From positions 2,591-66,590 of the forward strand of contig NIVC01003981.1 in assembly GCA_002269645.1 (NCBI GenBank): a stretch of 64,000 nucleotides of DNA, written 5' to 3'. Of this stretch, positions 1-13,618 are shown piece after piece. The position numbers and the translations under genes were made by a program. This stretch comes from Macrostomum lignano. Its lineage: Eukaryota. The notes under the pieces were generated by a model. That model made no database searches. It was not told where the DNA came from and saw nothing but the letters and a program-made list of their open reading frames with translations. Each line of letters starts with the position of its first letter. The first letter of the stretch is position 1.

Positions 1-2
1 AG

Positions 3-197
3 CAGCAGCCCGGACGCTCCGATGAGGCCGAGATGGAGCGAGCCGCTACGGCCGTGTCAGCCGTGGGCGGCGGCGCCAGTCGCAAGCGGAACTCGGACTC
101 GGACTCGGACGTGTCCGGACGGGCGGCGCAGCGTCTGCTGTTGGACAACTGTGACATCAGCGGACAGGGCCCGGCCTGCCAGATCACCGCGCTGTGA
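3..197 (+). CDS. Probable terminal coding exon of a gene entering from the left (QQPGRSDEAEMERAATAVSAVGGGASRKRNSDSDSDVSGRAAQRLLLDNCDISGQGPACQITAL*)
   Basis: Frame 3 is open and GC-rich from the window edge to TGA at 195-197, then the sequence becomes AT-richer. It ends in T-A-L, which fits a class I PDZ-binding consensus. No family recognised. Confidence 0.4.
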   Translation, partial: QQPGRSDEAEMERAATAVSAVGGGASRKRNSDSDSDVSGRAAQRLLLDNCDISGQGPACQITAL

Positions 198-403
198 CTC
201 CGGGCGGTTCCAGGTGGCCGCTTCTGGAAGGCAATTTGAAAAATATTTGTGAGGAAAGATTCCCAGTCTGAGTATGGGGAACCCAGGTATGATAATTGAT
301 ATTTTTTCTGCTAGCCAGCGATGGTTAATTATTGGATTTCTGTCCCCACTCAAAGTATTCGCGTCACATCTACCTGTAGCCCTCCAAATTCAAATAGCTC
401 TAA

Positions 404-2357
404 TGCCCTCAGCTCCCTTGTCACTCGCTTTTATCTGTGCCCCCTTATCTCTGGTCACTCGCTTTTATCTGTGCCCCCTTATCTCTTGTCAATCGCTTTT
501 ATCTGTGCCCCCTTATCTCTTGTCAATCGCTTTTATCTGTGCCCCCTTATCTCTTGTCAATCGCTTTTATCTGTGCCCCCTTATCTCTTGTCAATCGCTT
601 TTATCTGTGCCCCTTATCTCTTGTCAATCGCTTTTATCTGTGCCCCTTATCTCTTGTCAATCGCTTTTATCTGTGCCCCCTTATCTCTGGTCACCCACTT
701 TTATCTGTGCCCCCTTATCTCTGGTCAGCCGCTTTTATCTGTGCCCCTTATCTCTTGTCAATCGGTTTTATCTGTGCCCCCCTTATCTCTTGTCAATCGC
801 TTTTATCTGTGCCCCTTATCTCTGGTCAGCCGCTTTTATCTGTGCCCCTTTATCTCTGGTCAGCCGCTTTTATCTGTGCCCCCTTATCTCTTGTCAATCG
901 GTTTTATCTGTGCCCCCTTATCTCTGGTCAGCCGCTTTTATCTGTGCCCCCTTATCTCTGGTCAGCCGCTTTTATCTGTGTCCCCTTATCTCTTGTCAAT
1001 CGGTTTTATCTGTGCCCCCTTATCTCTGGTCAGCCGCTTTTATCTGTGCCCCCTTATCTCTGGTCAGCCGCTTTTATCTGTGCCCCCTTATCTCTGGTCA
1101 GCCGCTTTTATCTGTGCCCCCTTATCTCTTGTCAATCGGTTTTATCTGTGCCCCCTTATCTCTGGTCAGCCACTTTTATCTGTGCCCCTTATCTCTTGTC
1201 AATCGGTTTTATCTGTGCCCCCTTATCTCTTGTCAATCGGTTTTATCTGTGCCCCCTTATCTCTGGTCAGCCGCTTTTATCTGTGCCCCCTTATCTCTTG
1301 TCAATCGGTTTTATCTGTGCCCCCTTATCTCTGGTCAGCCACTTTTATCTGTGCCCCCTTATCTCTTGTCAATCGGTTTTATCTGTGCCCCCTTATCTCT
1401 GGTCAGCCACTTTTATCTGTGCCCCCTTATCTCTGGTCAGCCGCTTTTATCTGTGTCCCCTTATCTCTTGTCAATCGGTTTTATCTGTGCCCCCTTATCT
1501 CTGGTCAGCCGCTTTTATCTGTGCCCCCTTATCTCTGGTCAGCCGCTTTTATCTGTGCCCCTTTATCTCTGGTCAGCCGCTTTTATCTGTGCCCCCTTAT
1601 CTCTTGTCAATCGGTTTTATCTGTGCCCCCTTATCTCTGGTCAGCCACTTTTATCTGTGCCCCCTTATCTCTGGTCACTCGCTTTTATCTGTGCCCCCTT
1701 ATCTCTGGTCACCCACTTTTATCTGTGCCCCCTTATCTCTGGTCACCCACTTTTATCTGTGCCCCCTTATCTCTGGTCACCCACTTTTATCTGTGCCCCC
1801 TTATCTCTTGTCAATCGGTTTTATCTGTGCCCCCTTATCTCTGGTCACCCACTTTTATCTGTGCCCCCTTATCTCTGTTCACCCACTTTTATCTGTGCCC
1901 CCTTATCTCTGGTCAGCCACTTTTATCTGTGCCCCCTTATCTCTTGTCAGCCGCTTTTATCTGTGCCCCTTATCTCTTGTCAATCGGTTTTATCTGTGCC
2001 CCCTTATCTCTTGTCAATCGGTTTTATCTGTGCCCCCTTATCTCTTGTCAATCGGTTTTATCTGTGCCCCCTTATCTCTGGTCACCCACTTTTATCTGTG
2101 CCCCCTTATCTCTGTTCACCCACTTTTATCTGTGCCCCCTTATCTCTGGTCACCCACTTTTATCTGTGCCCCCTTATCTCTTGTCAATCGGTTTTATCTG
2201 TGCCCCCTTATCTCTGGTCACCCACTTTTATCTGTGCCCCCTTATCTCTGTTCACCCACTTTTATCTGTGCCCCCTTATCTCTGGTCACCCACTTTTATC
2301 TGTGCCCCCCTTATCTCTTGTCAATCGGTTTTATCTGTGCCATCAGCTCCCTTGTCA
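404..2357. repeat. 34-bp minisatellite (TGTGCCCCCTTATCTCTGGTCAGCCGCTTTTATC and variants), ~56 copies
   Basis: Period of 34 read directly (tcactcgctttt at 421 and 455). The array is bracketed by a 20-bp near-identical direct repeat, TGCC(C/A)TCAGCTCCCTTGTCA, at 404-423 and 2338-2357. Confidence 0.97.
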
Positions 2358-3393
2358 TTAGCCACGCCAGAAATCACCGTAAATTATTCATTTAATTTCC
2401 CTCCCTAAAGTAACTGACTGTTGTTCCAAGTTGAAAAGTGAAAAAAGTCAAAACTGGATTGTACAAGCTATTTTTTAAGTCGTAAACATGCAAGATTTTA
2501 TTGTTCTCTAGATAGCTATTTTTTATGAAATGTTATTGACTCGAACGAAGGTTTTGTCATGCTAGTGGATCACTGTTTATAGTCTGTTTTGTGCTCGCTT
2601 TTATTGAGGAACAAATGGATTTCTGAACTCATTTTTTATTGTCCGTACAGAATCTCTGAATAAAAAATCATACATCAGTTTTAGAGCCGCTGTAATCAAA
2701 AAAGCTAATTTTGTCCAACCGTCAACTTTCGATGTAGTTTCGTCGTATAAATCAATGATTGTCTAAAAAACGAAAAAATACAATCGTGCGTTGTATGTAA
2801 AAGTTAAAAAACTCTAGCTATTTGCTCAGTGACAATCGTAAATCCTTTTCTGCATCAGAGAGGCTGGGATGCATCGCTTAGCTCAGCCAATGAAGCTCAG
2901 TGAGACTCGGCTTTTTCCAAGACTCCCATTTAGGCGGATACTGAAATTGAAGTATCATAAAGTTGTAGTGGATGGAGGGGAGGCAGCAGATGGAGGGATG
3001 CAGGGGAAAATCCTCATAGGTTGGCAGAGCGAATGTCAGACGATTTTTCAGACAATATGCCCTTGTGCAAATTTCAGACAATACATGTGTATAATTAGTC
3101 TGAAATTTGCTCAGCCAGTTTTTGAAAAAATTGAGAATGAAAGGAACATAAAAATAAAGCAATCAAAGCACTGATCGCCGCCAGAAATCCGTCTGAAGTT
3201 CCGACGTTCTGCATCGGATGGCAACAGAGAATCGAGTCGGGTAGACAAAGGTTCGAGCCAGTACAGAGTTAAAGCAGCTGGTTCCATGAGAGAGTGGAAT
3301 TGTGTAAATGATGATCCAAATAGATATTAAAGTACCCTTTTTGAAGGAGAGATCATTGTCGCGATCTTTTGGAGGGTCTTCCAAGAATTCGCG

Positions 3394-4090
3394 ACACACA
3401 CAAACTGACGACTCCAACTCAAGTCAGCCTTGAGCTTCAATTCCAACACACAAACTGACGACTCCAACTCAAGTCAGCCTTGAGCTTCAATTCCAACACA
3501 CAAACTGACGACTCCAACTCAAGTCAGCCTTGAGCTTCAATTCCAACACACAAACTGACGACTCCAACTCAAGTCAGCCTTGAGCTTCAATTCCAACACA
3601 CAAACTGACGACTCCAACTCAAGTCAGCCTTGAGCTTCAATTCCAACACACAAACTGACGACTCCAACTCAAGTCAGCCTTGAGCTTCAATTCCAACACA
3701 CAAACTGACGACTCCAACTCAAGTCAGCCTTGAGCTTCAATTCCAACACACAAACTGACGACTCCAACTCAAGTCAGCCTTGAGCTTCAATTCCAACACA
3801 CAAACTGACGACTCCAACTCAAGTCAGCCTTGAGCTTCAATTCCAACACACAAACTGACGACTCCAACTCAAGTGAGCCTTGAGCTTCAATTCCAACACA
3901 CAAACTGACGACTCCAACTCAAGTCAGCCTTGAGCTTCAATTCCAACACACAAACTGACGACTCCAACTCAAGTCAGCCTTGAGCTTCAATTCCAACACA
4001 CAAACTGACGACTCCAACTCAAGTCAGCCTTGAGCTTCAATTCCAACACACAAACTGACGACTCCAACTCAAGTCAGCCTTGAGCTTCAA
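3394..4090. repeat. 50-bp tandem repeat, ~14 near-perfect copies
   Basis: Unit ACACACAAACTGACGACTCCAACTCAAGTCAGCCTTGAGCTTCAATTCCA, period 50 (aagtcagcct at 3421, 3471...). Only one variant seen (aagtgagcct, 3871). No spacers. Confidence 0.97.
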
Positions 4091-4607
4091 CTCCAAGACC
4101 AGGGAAGTCGCCCAGAGCAGTCGCTCGGCTTTCCAAGAAGATGAAGCGCTCCCAACAGGAAGGGAAGCTGAGGAGAAATGACTCTACAGGCTCCGGTTTT
4201 GATTGATTGGCGGTGGTCCCAGATTCGCCCCATCCCCCCCGAGGCATCCTGTTTGTCCGGAGCTCAGCGGTGAGCAGACTTCTGAAATTCTGACGCATAG
4301 AACCTTTTCCAAGATTCACCGGTAGCCCGCATCGCTCTGTGGATGTCTCTCATAGTTTTTCCAGGGCAAACATCAGTGCGGCTGGAGCGGCTGCATCAGC
4401 GCTGAAACTGATGCTGAGCCTGCATGGCAACAGGAGGCTGCCAGAGATGTGTGCCGATAGATGAAAATTTCTGCGTTGGCAGGATTTTTCTGTGTGTGAC
4501 TAGACTGTCTAGCTCGAGCTGAAATTTTATCCTGCTAAATTCAATAGAAGTCGGGGTAGCTTGAGCATATTAAATAACTTTTGGATAGTTGCCAAGCAGT
4601 GGGTAAA

Positions 4608-5090
4608 TTGGTTGCTAGACAGCCAGTAGCTTGGTTGCTAGACAGCCAGTAGCTTGGTTGCTAGGAAGAGATCGAGTAGCGTGGTTGCTAGGCAGCGAGT
4701 AGCTTGGTTGCTAGGCAGAGATCGAATAGCTTGGTTGCTAGGCAGGCAGTACATGTAGCTTGGTTGCTAGACAGCCAGTAGCTTGGTTGCTAGGCAGGCA
4801 GTACATGTAGCTTGGTTGCTAGACAGCCAGTAGCTTGGTTGCTAGGCAGGCAGTACATGTAGCTTGGTTGCTAGACAGCCAGTAGCTTGGTTGCTAGGAG
4901 GGCAGTACATGTAGCTTGGTTGCTAGACAGCCAGTAGCTTGGTTGCTAGGCAGGCAGTACATGTAGCTTGGTTGCTAGACAGCCAGTAGCTTGGTTGCTA
5001 GACAGCCAGTAGCTTGGTTGCTAGGCAGAGAGTAGCTTGGTTGCTAGGCAGCGAGTGGTTTGGTGGCTGAGCAGCGAATAGTTTGATTGC
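4608..5090. repeat. Compound minisatellite with core AGCTTGGTTGCTAG (23-bp and 29-bp units, often as 52-bp dimers)
   Basis: Core followed alternately by ACAGCCAGT or GCAGGCAGTACATGT. Confidence 0.9.
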
Positions 5091-5799
5091 TAGATCTAGG
5101 ATCAATAAAAATGCTCCTAATGATCAAATGCCACTATTGTTATTGTTTAAAAGTGCACAAAGTAAGCCTGAACTGAATGAAAGCTGTGCTAAACAGAAGT
5201 TGCTAAGATTTATCGGCGCCATCAAATGCCTGATTAACGGAGACCAGTGACGCTGGTGGAGGCTTTGAATTGACTCTTCAGCTCACTCACTGCAGACGAC
5301 AATAGGACAAGATGAGAGCGACTGAAGCATCATGGCGTCAGTGGGCAGCGATAGTCGACAGGGCGGGATGCGAGACTTGAAGGCGCCGTGTGACCCCTGA
5401 GGGGGGGGGGCTTAGAATTCAAGCTTAAGACCCCAGCTTAATGGAATGATAAACTGATACCTGAATACCCAATCGCGTCACTTCATCAAACTTCAGTGCC
5501 AATTTCATTATCGTTATTTTTCCCAATTATCCCTCTCAGGCACACAGAGGGATTAAATCAGTCAATTTCCTGTATAAATCAGAGTCCTAAAATCTCTTCC
5601 ATTTCCCCTCTGCGCTCAATGCTTTCTCAGGCTGTTTCTAGCTGCCGTCAGAGAAGTTGAGGTCCCAGACTCTGGTTACGCCTTGACAACCATGACAGAG
5701 TTGTGCTAAAGTACACTTTGCTTTAAAAAATTGAAACTTCTAAGCAAAAGTAAGACAGCTGGTTTCTCGAAATACTGTAGTGAGCTCATCCGAAGCGAG

Positions 5800-8700
5800 C
5801 CGACCAGGACACAAACCCAGCCGAAGCGAACAGATCAGGACACAAACCTAGCAGGATCAGACCAAGGACACAAACCTAGCAGGAGCGAACAGATCAGGAC
5901 ACAAACCTAGCCGAAGCCAGCAGACCAGAACACAAACCTAGCCAAAGCCAGCAGACCAGGACACAAACCTAGCCGAAGCCAGCAGACCAGGACACAAACC
6001 TAGCCGAAGCCAGCAGACCAAGGACACAAACCTAGCAGGAGCGAGCAGACCAAGGACACAAACCCAGCAGGAGCGAGCAGACCAGGACACAAACCCAGCA
6101 GAAGCGAGCAGACCAAGGACACAAACCCAGCAGAAGCGAGCAGACCAAGGACACAAACCCAGCAGAAGCGAGCAGACCAGGACACAAACCTAGCAGGAGC
6201 GAGCAGACCAGGACACAAACCTAACCGAAGCCAGCAGACCAAGGACACAAACCTAGCCGAAGCGAGCAGACCAGGACACAAACCTAGCCGAAGCGAGCAG
6301 ACCAGGACACAAACCTAGCCGAAGCCAGCAGACCAGGACACAAACCTAGCCGAAGCCAGCAGACAAGGACACAAACCTAGCCGAAGCCAGCAGACCAGGA
6401 CACAAACCTAGCAGGAGCGAGCAGACCAAGGACACAAACCCAGCAGGAGCGAGCAGACCAGGACACAAACCTAGCAGAAGCGAGCAGACCAAGGACACAA
6501 ACCCAGCAGAAGCGAGCAGACCAGGACACAAACCTAGCAGGAGCGAGCAGACCAGGACACAAACCTAGCCGAAGCCAGCAGACCAAGGACACAAACCTAG
6601 CCGAAGCCAGCAGACCAGGACACAAACCTAGCCGAAGCCAGCAGACCAGGACACAAACCTAGCCGAAGCCAGCAGACCAGGACACGAACCTAGCCGAAGC
6701 CAGCAGACCAGGACACAAACCCAGCAGAAGCGAGCAGACCAGAACACAAACCTAGCCGAAGCCAGCAGACCAGAACACAAACCTAGCCGAAGCCAGCAGA
6801 CCAGGACACAAACCTAGCCGAAACCAGCAAACCAGGACACAAACCTAGCCGAAGCCAGCAGACCACGACACAAACCTAGCCGAAGCGAGCAGACCAGGAC
6901 ACAAACCTAGCCGAAGCCAGCAGACCACGACACAAACCTAGCCGAAGCCAGCAGACCAAGGACACAAACCTAGCAGGAGCGAGCAGACCAAGGACACAAA
7001 CCTAGCAGGAGCGAGCAGACCAAGGACACAAACCCAGCAGGAGCGAGCAGACCAGGACACAAACCCAGCAGAAGCGAGCAGACCAAGGACACAAACCCAG
7101 CAGAAGCGAGCAGACCAAGGACACAAACCCAGCAGAAGCGAGCAGACCAGGACACAAACCTAGCAGGAGCGAGCAGACCAGGACACAAACCTAACCGAAG
7201 CCAGCAGACCAAGGACACAAACCTAGCCGAAGCGAGCAGACCAGGACACAAACCTAGCCGAAGCGAGCAGACCAGGACACAAACCTAGCCGAAGCCAGCA
7301 GACCAGGACACAAACCTAGCCGAAGCCAGCAGACAAGGACACAAACCTAGCCGAAGCCAGCAGACCAGGACACAAACCTAGCAGGAGCGAGCAGACCAAG
7401 GACACAAACCCAGCAGGAGCGAGCAGACCAGGACACAAACCTAGCAGAAGCGAGCAGACCAAGGACACAAACCCAGCAGAAGCGAGCAGACCAGGACACA
7501 AACCTAGCAGGAGCGAGCAGACCAGGACACAAACCTAGCCGAAGCCAGCAGACCAAGGACACAAACCTAGCCGAAGCCAGCAGACCAGGACACAAACCTT
7601 GCCGAAGCCAGCAGACCAGGACACAAACCTAGCAGAAGCCAGCAGACCAGGACACAGACCCAGCAGAAGCGAGCAGACCAGAACACAAACCTAGCCGAAG
7701 CCAGCAGACCAGAACACAAACCTAGCCGAAGCCAGCAGACCAGGACACAAACCTAGCCGAAGCCAGCAGACCAGGACACAAACCTAGCCGAAGCCAGCAG
7801 ACCAGGACACAAACCTAGCCGAAGCCAGCAGACCAGGACACAAACCTAGCCGAAGCGAGCAGACCAGGACACAAACCTAGCCGAAGCCAGCAGACCAGGA
7901 CACAAACCTAGCCGAAGCCAGCAGACAAGGACACAAACCTAGCCGAAGCCAGCAGACCAGGACACAAACCTAGCAGGAGCGAGCAGACCAAGGACACAAA
8001 CCCAGCAGGAGCGAGCAGACCAGGACACAAACCTAGCAGAAGCGAGCAGACCAAGGACACAAACCCAGCAGAAGCGAGCAGACCAGGACACAAACCTAGC
8101 AGGAGCGAGCAGACCAGGACACAAACCTAGCCGAAGCCAGCAGACCAAGGACACAAACCTAGCCGAAGCCAGCAGACCAGGACACAAACCTAGCCGAAGC
8201 CAGCAGACCAGGACACAAACCTAGCCGAAGCCAGCAGACCAGGACACGAACCTAGCCGAAGCCAGCAGACCAGGACACAAACCCAGCAGAAGCGAGCAGA
8301 CCAGAACACAAACCTAGCCGAAGCCAGCAGACCAGAACACAAACCTAGCCGAAGCGAGCAGACCAGGACACAAACCTAGCCGAAGCCAGCAGACCAGGAC
8401 ACAAACCTAGCCGAAGCCAGCAGACAAGGACACAAACCTAGCCGAAGCCAGCAGACCAGGACACAAACCTAGCAGGAGCGAGCAGACCAAGGACACAAAC
8501 CCAGCAGGAGCGAGCAGACCAGGACACAAACCTAGCAGAAGCGAGCAGACCAAGGACACAAACCCAGCAGAAGCGAGCAGACCAGGACACAAACCTAGCA
8601 GGAGCGAGCAGACCAGGACACAAACCTAGCCGAAGCCAGCAGACCAAGGACACAAACCTAGCCGAAGCCAGCAGACCAGGACACAAACCTTGCCGAAGCC

Positions 8701-10648
8701 AGCAGACCAGGACACAAACCTAGCAGAAGCCAGCAGACCAGGACACAGACCCAGCAGAAGCGAGCAGACCAGAACACAAACCTAGCCGAAGCCAGCAGAC
8801 CAGAACACAAACCTAGCCGAAGCCAGCAGACCAGGACACAAACCTAGCCGAAGCCAGCAGACCAGGACACAAACCTAGCCGAAGCCAGCAGACCAGGACA
8901 CAAACCTAGCCGAAGCCAGCAGACCAGGACACAAACCTAACCGAAGCCAGCAGACCAGGACACAAACCTAGCCGAAGCGAGCAGACCAGGACACAAACCT
9001 AGCCGAAGCCAGCAGACCAGGACACAGACCTAGCCGAAGCCAGCAGACCAGGACACAAACCTAGCCGAAGCGAGCAGACCAGGACACAAACCTAGCAGGA
9101 GCGAGCAGACCAAGGACACAAACCCAGCAGAAGCGAGCAGACCAAGGACACAAACCCAGCAGAAGCGAGCAGACCAGGACACAAACCTAGCCGAAGCCAG
9201 CAGACCAGGACACAAACCTAGCCGAAGCCAGCAGACCAAGGACACAAACCTAGCCGAAGCCAGCAGACCAGGACACAAACCTAGCCGAAGCGAGCAGACC
9301 AGGACACAAACCTAGCCGAAGCCAGCAGACCAGGACACAAACCTAGCCGAAGCCAGCAGACCAGGACACAAACCTTGCCGAAGCCAGCAGACCAGGACAC
9401 GAACCTAGCAGAAGCCAGCAGACCAGGACACAGACCCAGCAGAAGCGAGCAGACTAGAACACAAACCTAGCCGAAGCCAGCAGACCAGAACACAAACCTA
9501 GCCGAAGCCAGCAGACCAGGACACAAACCTAGCCGAAGCCAGCAGACCAGGACACAAACCTAGCCGAAGCCAGCAGACCAGGACACGAACCTAGCCGAAG
9601 CCAGCAGACCAGGACACAAACCTAGCCGAAGCCAGCAGACCAGGACACAAACCTAGCCGAAGCGAGCAGACCAGGACACAAACCTAGCCGAAGCCAGCAG
9701 ACCAGGACACAGACCTAGCCGAAGCCAGCAGACCAGGACACAAACCTAGCCGAAGCCAGCAGACCAAGGACACAAACCCAGCCGAAGCGAGCAGACCAGG
9801 ACACAAACCTAGCCGAAGCCAGCAGACCAAGGACACAAACCCAGCAGAAGCGAGCAGACCAAGGACACAAACCCAGCAGAAGCGAGCAGACCAGGACACA
9901 AACCTAGCAGGAGCGAGCAGACCAGGACACAAACCTAGCCGAAGCCAGCAGACCAGGACACAAACCTAGCCGAAGCCAGCAGACCAGGACACGAACCTAG
10001 CCGAAGCCAGCAGACCAGGACACGAACCCAGCAGAAGCCAGCAGACCAGGACACAAACCCAGCAGAAGCGAGCTGACCAGAACACAAACCTAGCCGAAGC
10101 CAGCAGACCAGAACACAAACCTAGCCGAAGCCAGCAGACCAGGACACAAACCTAGCCGAAGCGAGCAGACCAGGACACAAACCTAGCCGAAGCCAGCCGA
10201 CCAGGACACAAACCTAGCCGAAGCGAGCAGACCAGGACACAAACCTAGCCGAAGCCAGCAGACCAGGACACAACCTAGCCGAAGCGAGCAGACCAGGACA
10301 CAAACCTAGCCGAAGCCAGCAGACCAGGACACAAACCTAGCCGAAGCCAGCAGACCAGGACACAAACTCAGCAGAAGCCAGCAGACCAGGACACAGACCC
10401 AGCAGAAGCGAGCAGACCAGAACACAAACCTAGCAGGAGCGAGCAGACCAAGGACACAAACCCAGCAGAAGCGAGCAGACCAGGACACGAACCTAGCAGG
10501 AGCGAGCAGACCAAGGACATAAACCCAGCAGAAGCGAGCAGACCAGGACACAAACCTAGCAGGAGCGAGCAGACCAGGACACAAACCTAGCCGAAGCCAG
10601 CAGACCAAGGACACAAACCTAGCCGAAGCCAGCAGACCAGGACACAAA
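5800..10648. repeat. 31/32-bp minisatellite (GGACACAAACCTAGCCGAAGCCAGCAGACCA), ~150 copies, with higher-order blocks
   Basis: Continuous array. Identical spurious ORF translations recur at offsets of 970 bp (6000/6970, 6346/7316), 592 bp and 499 bp. Confidence 0.97.
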
Positions 10649-12121
10649 CTAGGTCAAGCGGTCGGGCTTAGACTAAGGCAGTGAATTTTAGGCTTCACTG
10701 TAACTTTTAAACTCGTTCATAATAATCTTGGAAAATAAATCTCCGGGGTCTGATTTCGAGGAAAAATGCCAATATCCGGGGCCTCACTGATCTGTCACGG
10801 CACGTCATCAAAGGATAAAAAAATATTTTTCTTAAGACTGAAGTCGCGCACTTCGATTGCATGCAAGCTGAAGTGAGTGTGTGGATTGTGAGACAACATG
10901 TGAATAAATATATATGAGCCGCAGTGTATTAAGCAGTTAGTATTATTCATAGCCGCTGACGTGATTGATTTCTTAATGCCTTTGGCTTTCTTTTCCATCC
11001 CGGACTGCTCATTTTTCAGCCGAAGGGAATCTGCCATGCTTCGCGCAGTTTCTGAGACTTCGGATTCGCAATAAATCAAACGGGGAGACCGCGGAGAACC
11101 GAACCTGCACTGCTCTCATTTGCATGCGCTCTCTGCATGGACTCGTCTCAAAAGCAGAGAGGGAGAGAGACAAGATCGAAGTCAGGAACTCATTCGGGAG
11201 TATATGATCGGTGTCTGTCTCGGATTTCGAGTTCGGAGACCACTGCCAAACTTCTTGATCACTTGTAACAGGAAATGCAGAAAATGCTTTGAAGTTTTGA
11301 GGTAACGACTGCCACATCTAAACGATCGGCGCCCCCTATGATCGACCCCTGTTGATCCTCCTGGAGAGAGAATCTCTTGGAAAAAATGCACCGCGGAGAT
11401 TGGAAAAAATCATTTATCAATAATCAATGCATTTGATCTGGGGCAGTAAAGATTACCAAATTATTTTAACTTAGCATTCACAACGTGTTACTCTATTACA
11501 TATTATATATTTGTGTAGTTAAAGCTTCATTTTCTTTTTGTTTTCTTTTTGTTTCATAAGCCGAAGCCAAAGTTGTAGATGCTCGCGAGTGAAGTTTATT
11601 TTTTGTTCCTTCTTGAATCAAGTGCAAGTATATTTGTAGAAACGTTGCATACAAGTTCACTTAAGCCATTATTGTACCGGTAGGTATAGTTAAATGTAAA
11701 TTGCATATTACGCTCGTAGTAAGCTATTCCCAGACCCGTCTAAATAATTAAATGTAGAAATGTTTGCGATTATTATTTTTCATATTGTTGTTGACTTTGT
11801 CTTTAAAATGCAATCAATTTTTAAGCCAAGGCCCGGCTTAACGGTCGGTAAGGCGACGGATGTCCCGAATACGGGGCAAGCAGCCACTTCTGCTGCAGCC
11901 GAAAACTTAAAACCGAGTTCTATGGTAAGCACACCATAGAAACGGAAACCCCTGTGTTTGGGTACTCCATAAATATTTATTTAAATTTTATTAGAGGGGA
12001 TGGAAGCCTAGGGGTGGGGACAAAAGGGGGAGCAGGTTAGGAGTGGAGAGAACAAAGTCACGCAGGGGTGTGAGAGAAAAAAACAAGAACACCAGAAGGC
12101 CTGCAGTAACAGTCAGTGTGG

Positions 12122-13618
12122 TTACCTGTGCCAGTTTCTGAAGCACTGGCCTATGCAAAGTGCTGGCATTCCCGGACAATCAGGGCATATGTACACTGTC
12201 TTCTTCGCCATTCGGTTCTCGCGGCCGAACATTGGCAGCGTTCAATGGAGCTTTGGTCGGCGAATGCTGTACTGCAGGGCCATCACCTGACGGTCCGACT
12301 GCTGCAGGACAGCCTGCCCTGACACCTAAATGGCGCCTGTCTCTGCCAGTCTCCTCCACCTGGATGCTGACCGCTTTGCGCAGAAACGCCTCAAAGATCT
12401 TGGTACTCCGTGCTGGCGGTAGACGATCCACGAGTTCCAAACCAGAAGCAGCAGCAGGTAAAACGCGAGTTTCTGAAACCAGCGCAGCGTCTTCCGACTG
12501 GGCAGGTAGGGGTTCTCTGCCGAGTCCATACGGCCCACGCCGCCCATGCTCTTCGAGTAGGTGATCACTGTCACTGGCTTCGTTCACACAGGCAGCCTGC
12601 CCAACAGTGTCAAGGAGATCTACACGGTCTTTGTTCCGCTGCTCTTCCTGTCCACAAACTTACATTACAAGCGAGCGCCTCGCCGTTCCTCGTGAAAGCT
12701 GCCGCAGTCGGTCGCAGTTGCAGCTGCTGCAGCAGCTGCAGGAAGCCTCGATTGCTGCGCACGGTGCCGGTGAGCCGAGCTCCATTTGCCAGCAGCCAAA
12801 AGGACAGCCGATGCGACGTGAACCAGCTGTCCATGAGCACGTCATTCATGTGCAGGAGTTCACGGCACAGCTCGGCCAAAATTCGTTCACTAATAGAGGC
12901 CGCCGCACTCGAGTCCCAGTCTGAATTGTGCATTCGCGTGCTCCGTGGATTGAACTGCGAAATTCCGCAAGTAGCCAGTCTCCGACTCGCACGGACGGTA
13001 CAGCTTGACACCGTACCTGCTCCTCTTAGTGGGGATGTACTGCTTTAACAGCAGGCTCCAGCATGCAGTTGTTTCTTTACACCTGCTGCAGCTGGTGCAG
13101 AAACGGCTGGATTTGGCCAAGGACACCTCCTCGACATCTGTGCAGTCGTAGAAACGAAGACAGGAAAGCAGCTGCTTGAATCTATCTCTCGAGAGGGCGT
13201 TGGGCATGGACAGAAAGCAGCAATGGGAAAGAGGGTCCTTGCTCCAGTAGCTGCTGATCTCCGGCTTTTTGTCCAGGCCCATCAACAGAAAAATCCCGAA
13301 CAGCTTCCTCACCTCATCATTTGCGCAATCTCTCCAGTTCTTCACCAGCTCTTCACCAGACTCAGAATCTCCTCTTCGTTTCCATCAGCTGAAGCTGGAG
13401 GCCTCTAATCCGGGCGAACCCCTGGTGTTCCCAGAAGCTTGATCGGCTTCATTCGGCACAGCATCCATTCCAGCCTGAACCAACTGGCACTCTGGTACAT
13501 CACTAACTACCTCTGTCTCCCTGCCTTCTTCCCCCATAAAGTCGTTCTCGATTCCATCTAGCGACCTCAGCGAGTAGTCATCAGTCAAAATGTCTGCGTT
13601 TTCGTTCTCAGATTCCAT
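12122..13618 (-). pseudogene. Degenerate piggyBac-family (PGBD4-like) transposase
   Basis: Frameshifted segments carry diagnostic motifs: LFGIFLLMGLDKKPEISSYWS, LSRDRFKQLLSCLRF, KQYIPTKRSRYGVKL..CESETGY, MDSWFTS...GTVRSNR, YSKSMGGVG..D....Y...RKTLRW, and a C-terminal Cys-rich tail KTVYICPDCPGMPALCIGQCFRNWHR* (stop 12122-12124). Acidic N-terminus starts at ATG 13618. The first catalytic Asp region is deleted and GGVD is changed to GGVG. Confidence 0.93.

Noticed and set aside
274-2408. Three 650-695-aa ORFs
   Set aside because: Frame-rotated translations of a 34-bp minisatellite lacking plus-strand stops; no unique domain.
3394-4090. CRISPR-like regular array
   Set aside because: Pure tandem repeats with no unique spacers, no cas genes and a eukaryotic context. 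The same applies to the 28-, 29-, 31- and 34-bp arrays.
5938-10647. Many short hydrophobic ORFs (MCPGLLAS...)
   Set aside because: Artefacts of the 31-bp minisatellite.
11821-11945. Short hairpins (TTAAGCC..GGCTTAA; TTCTATGGT..ACCATAGAA) as piggyBac ends
   Set aside because: No matching TTAA-bounded inverted terminus found on the other side of the transposase, so element boundaries are not supported.
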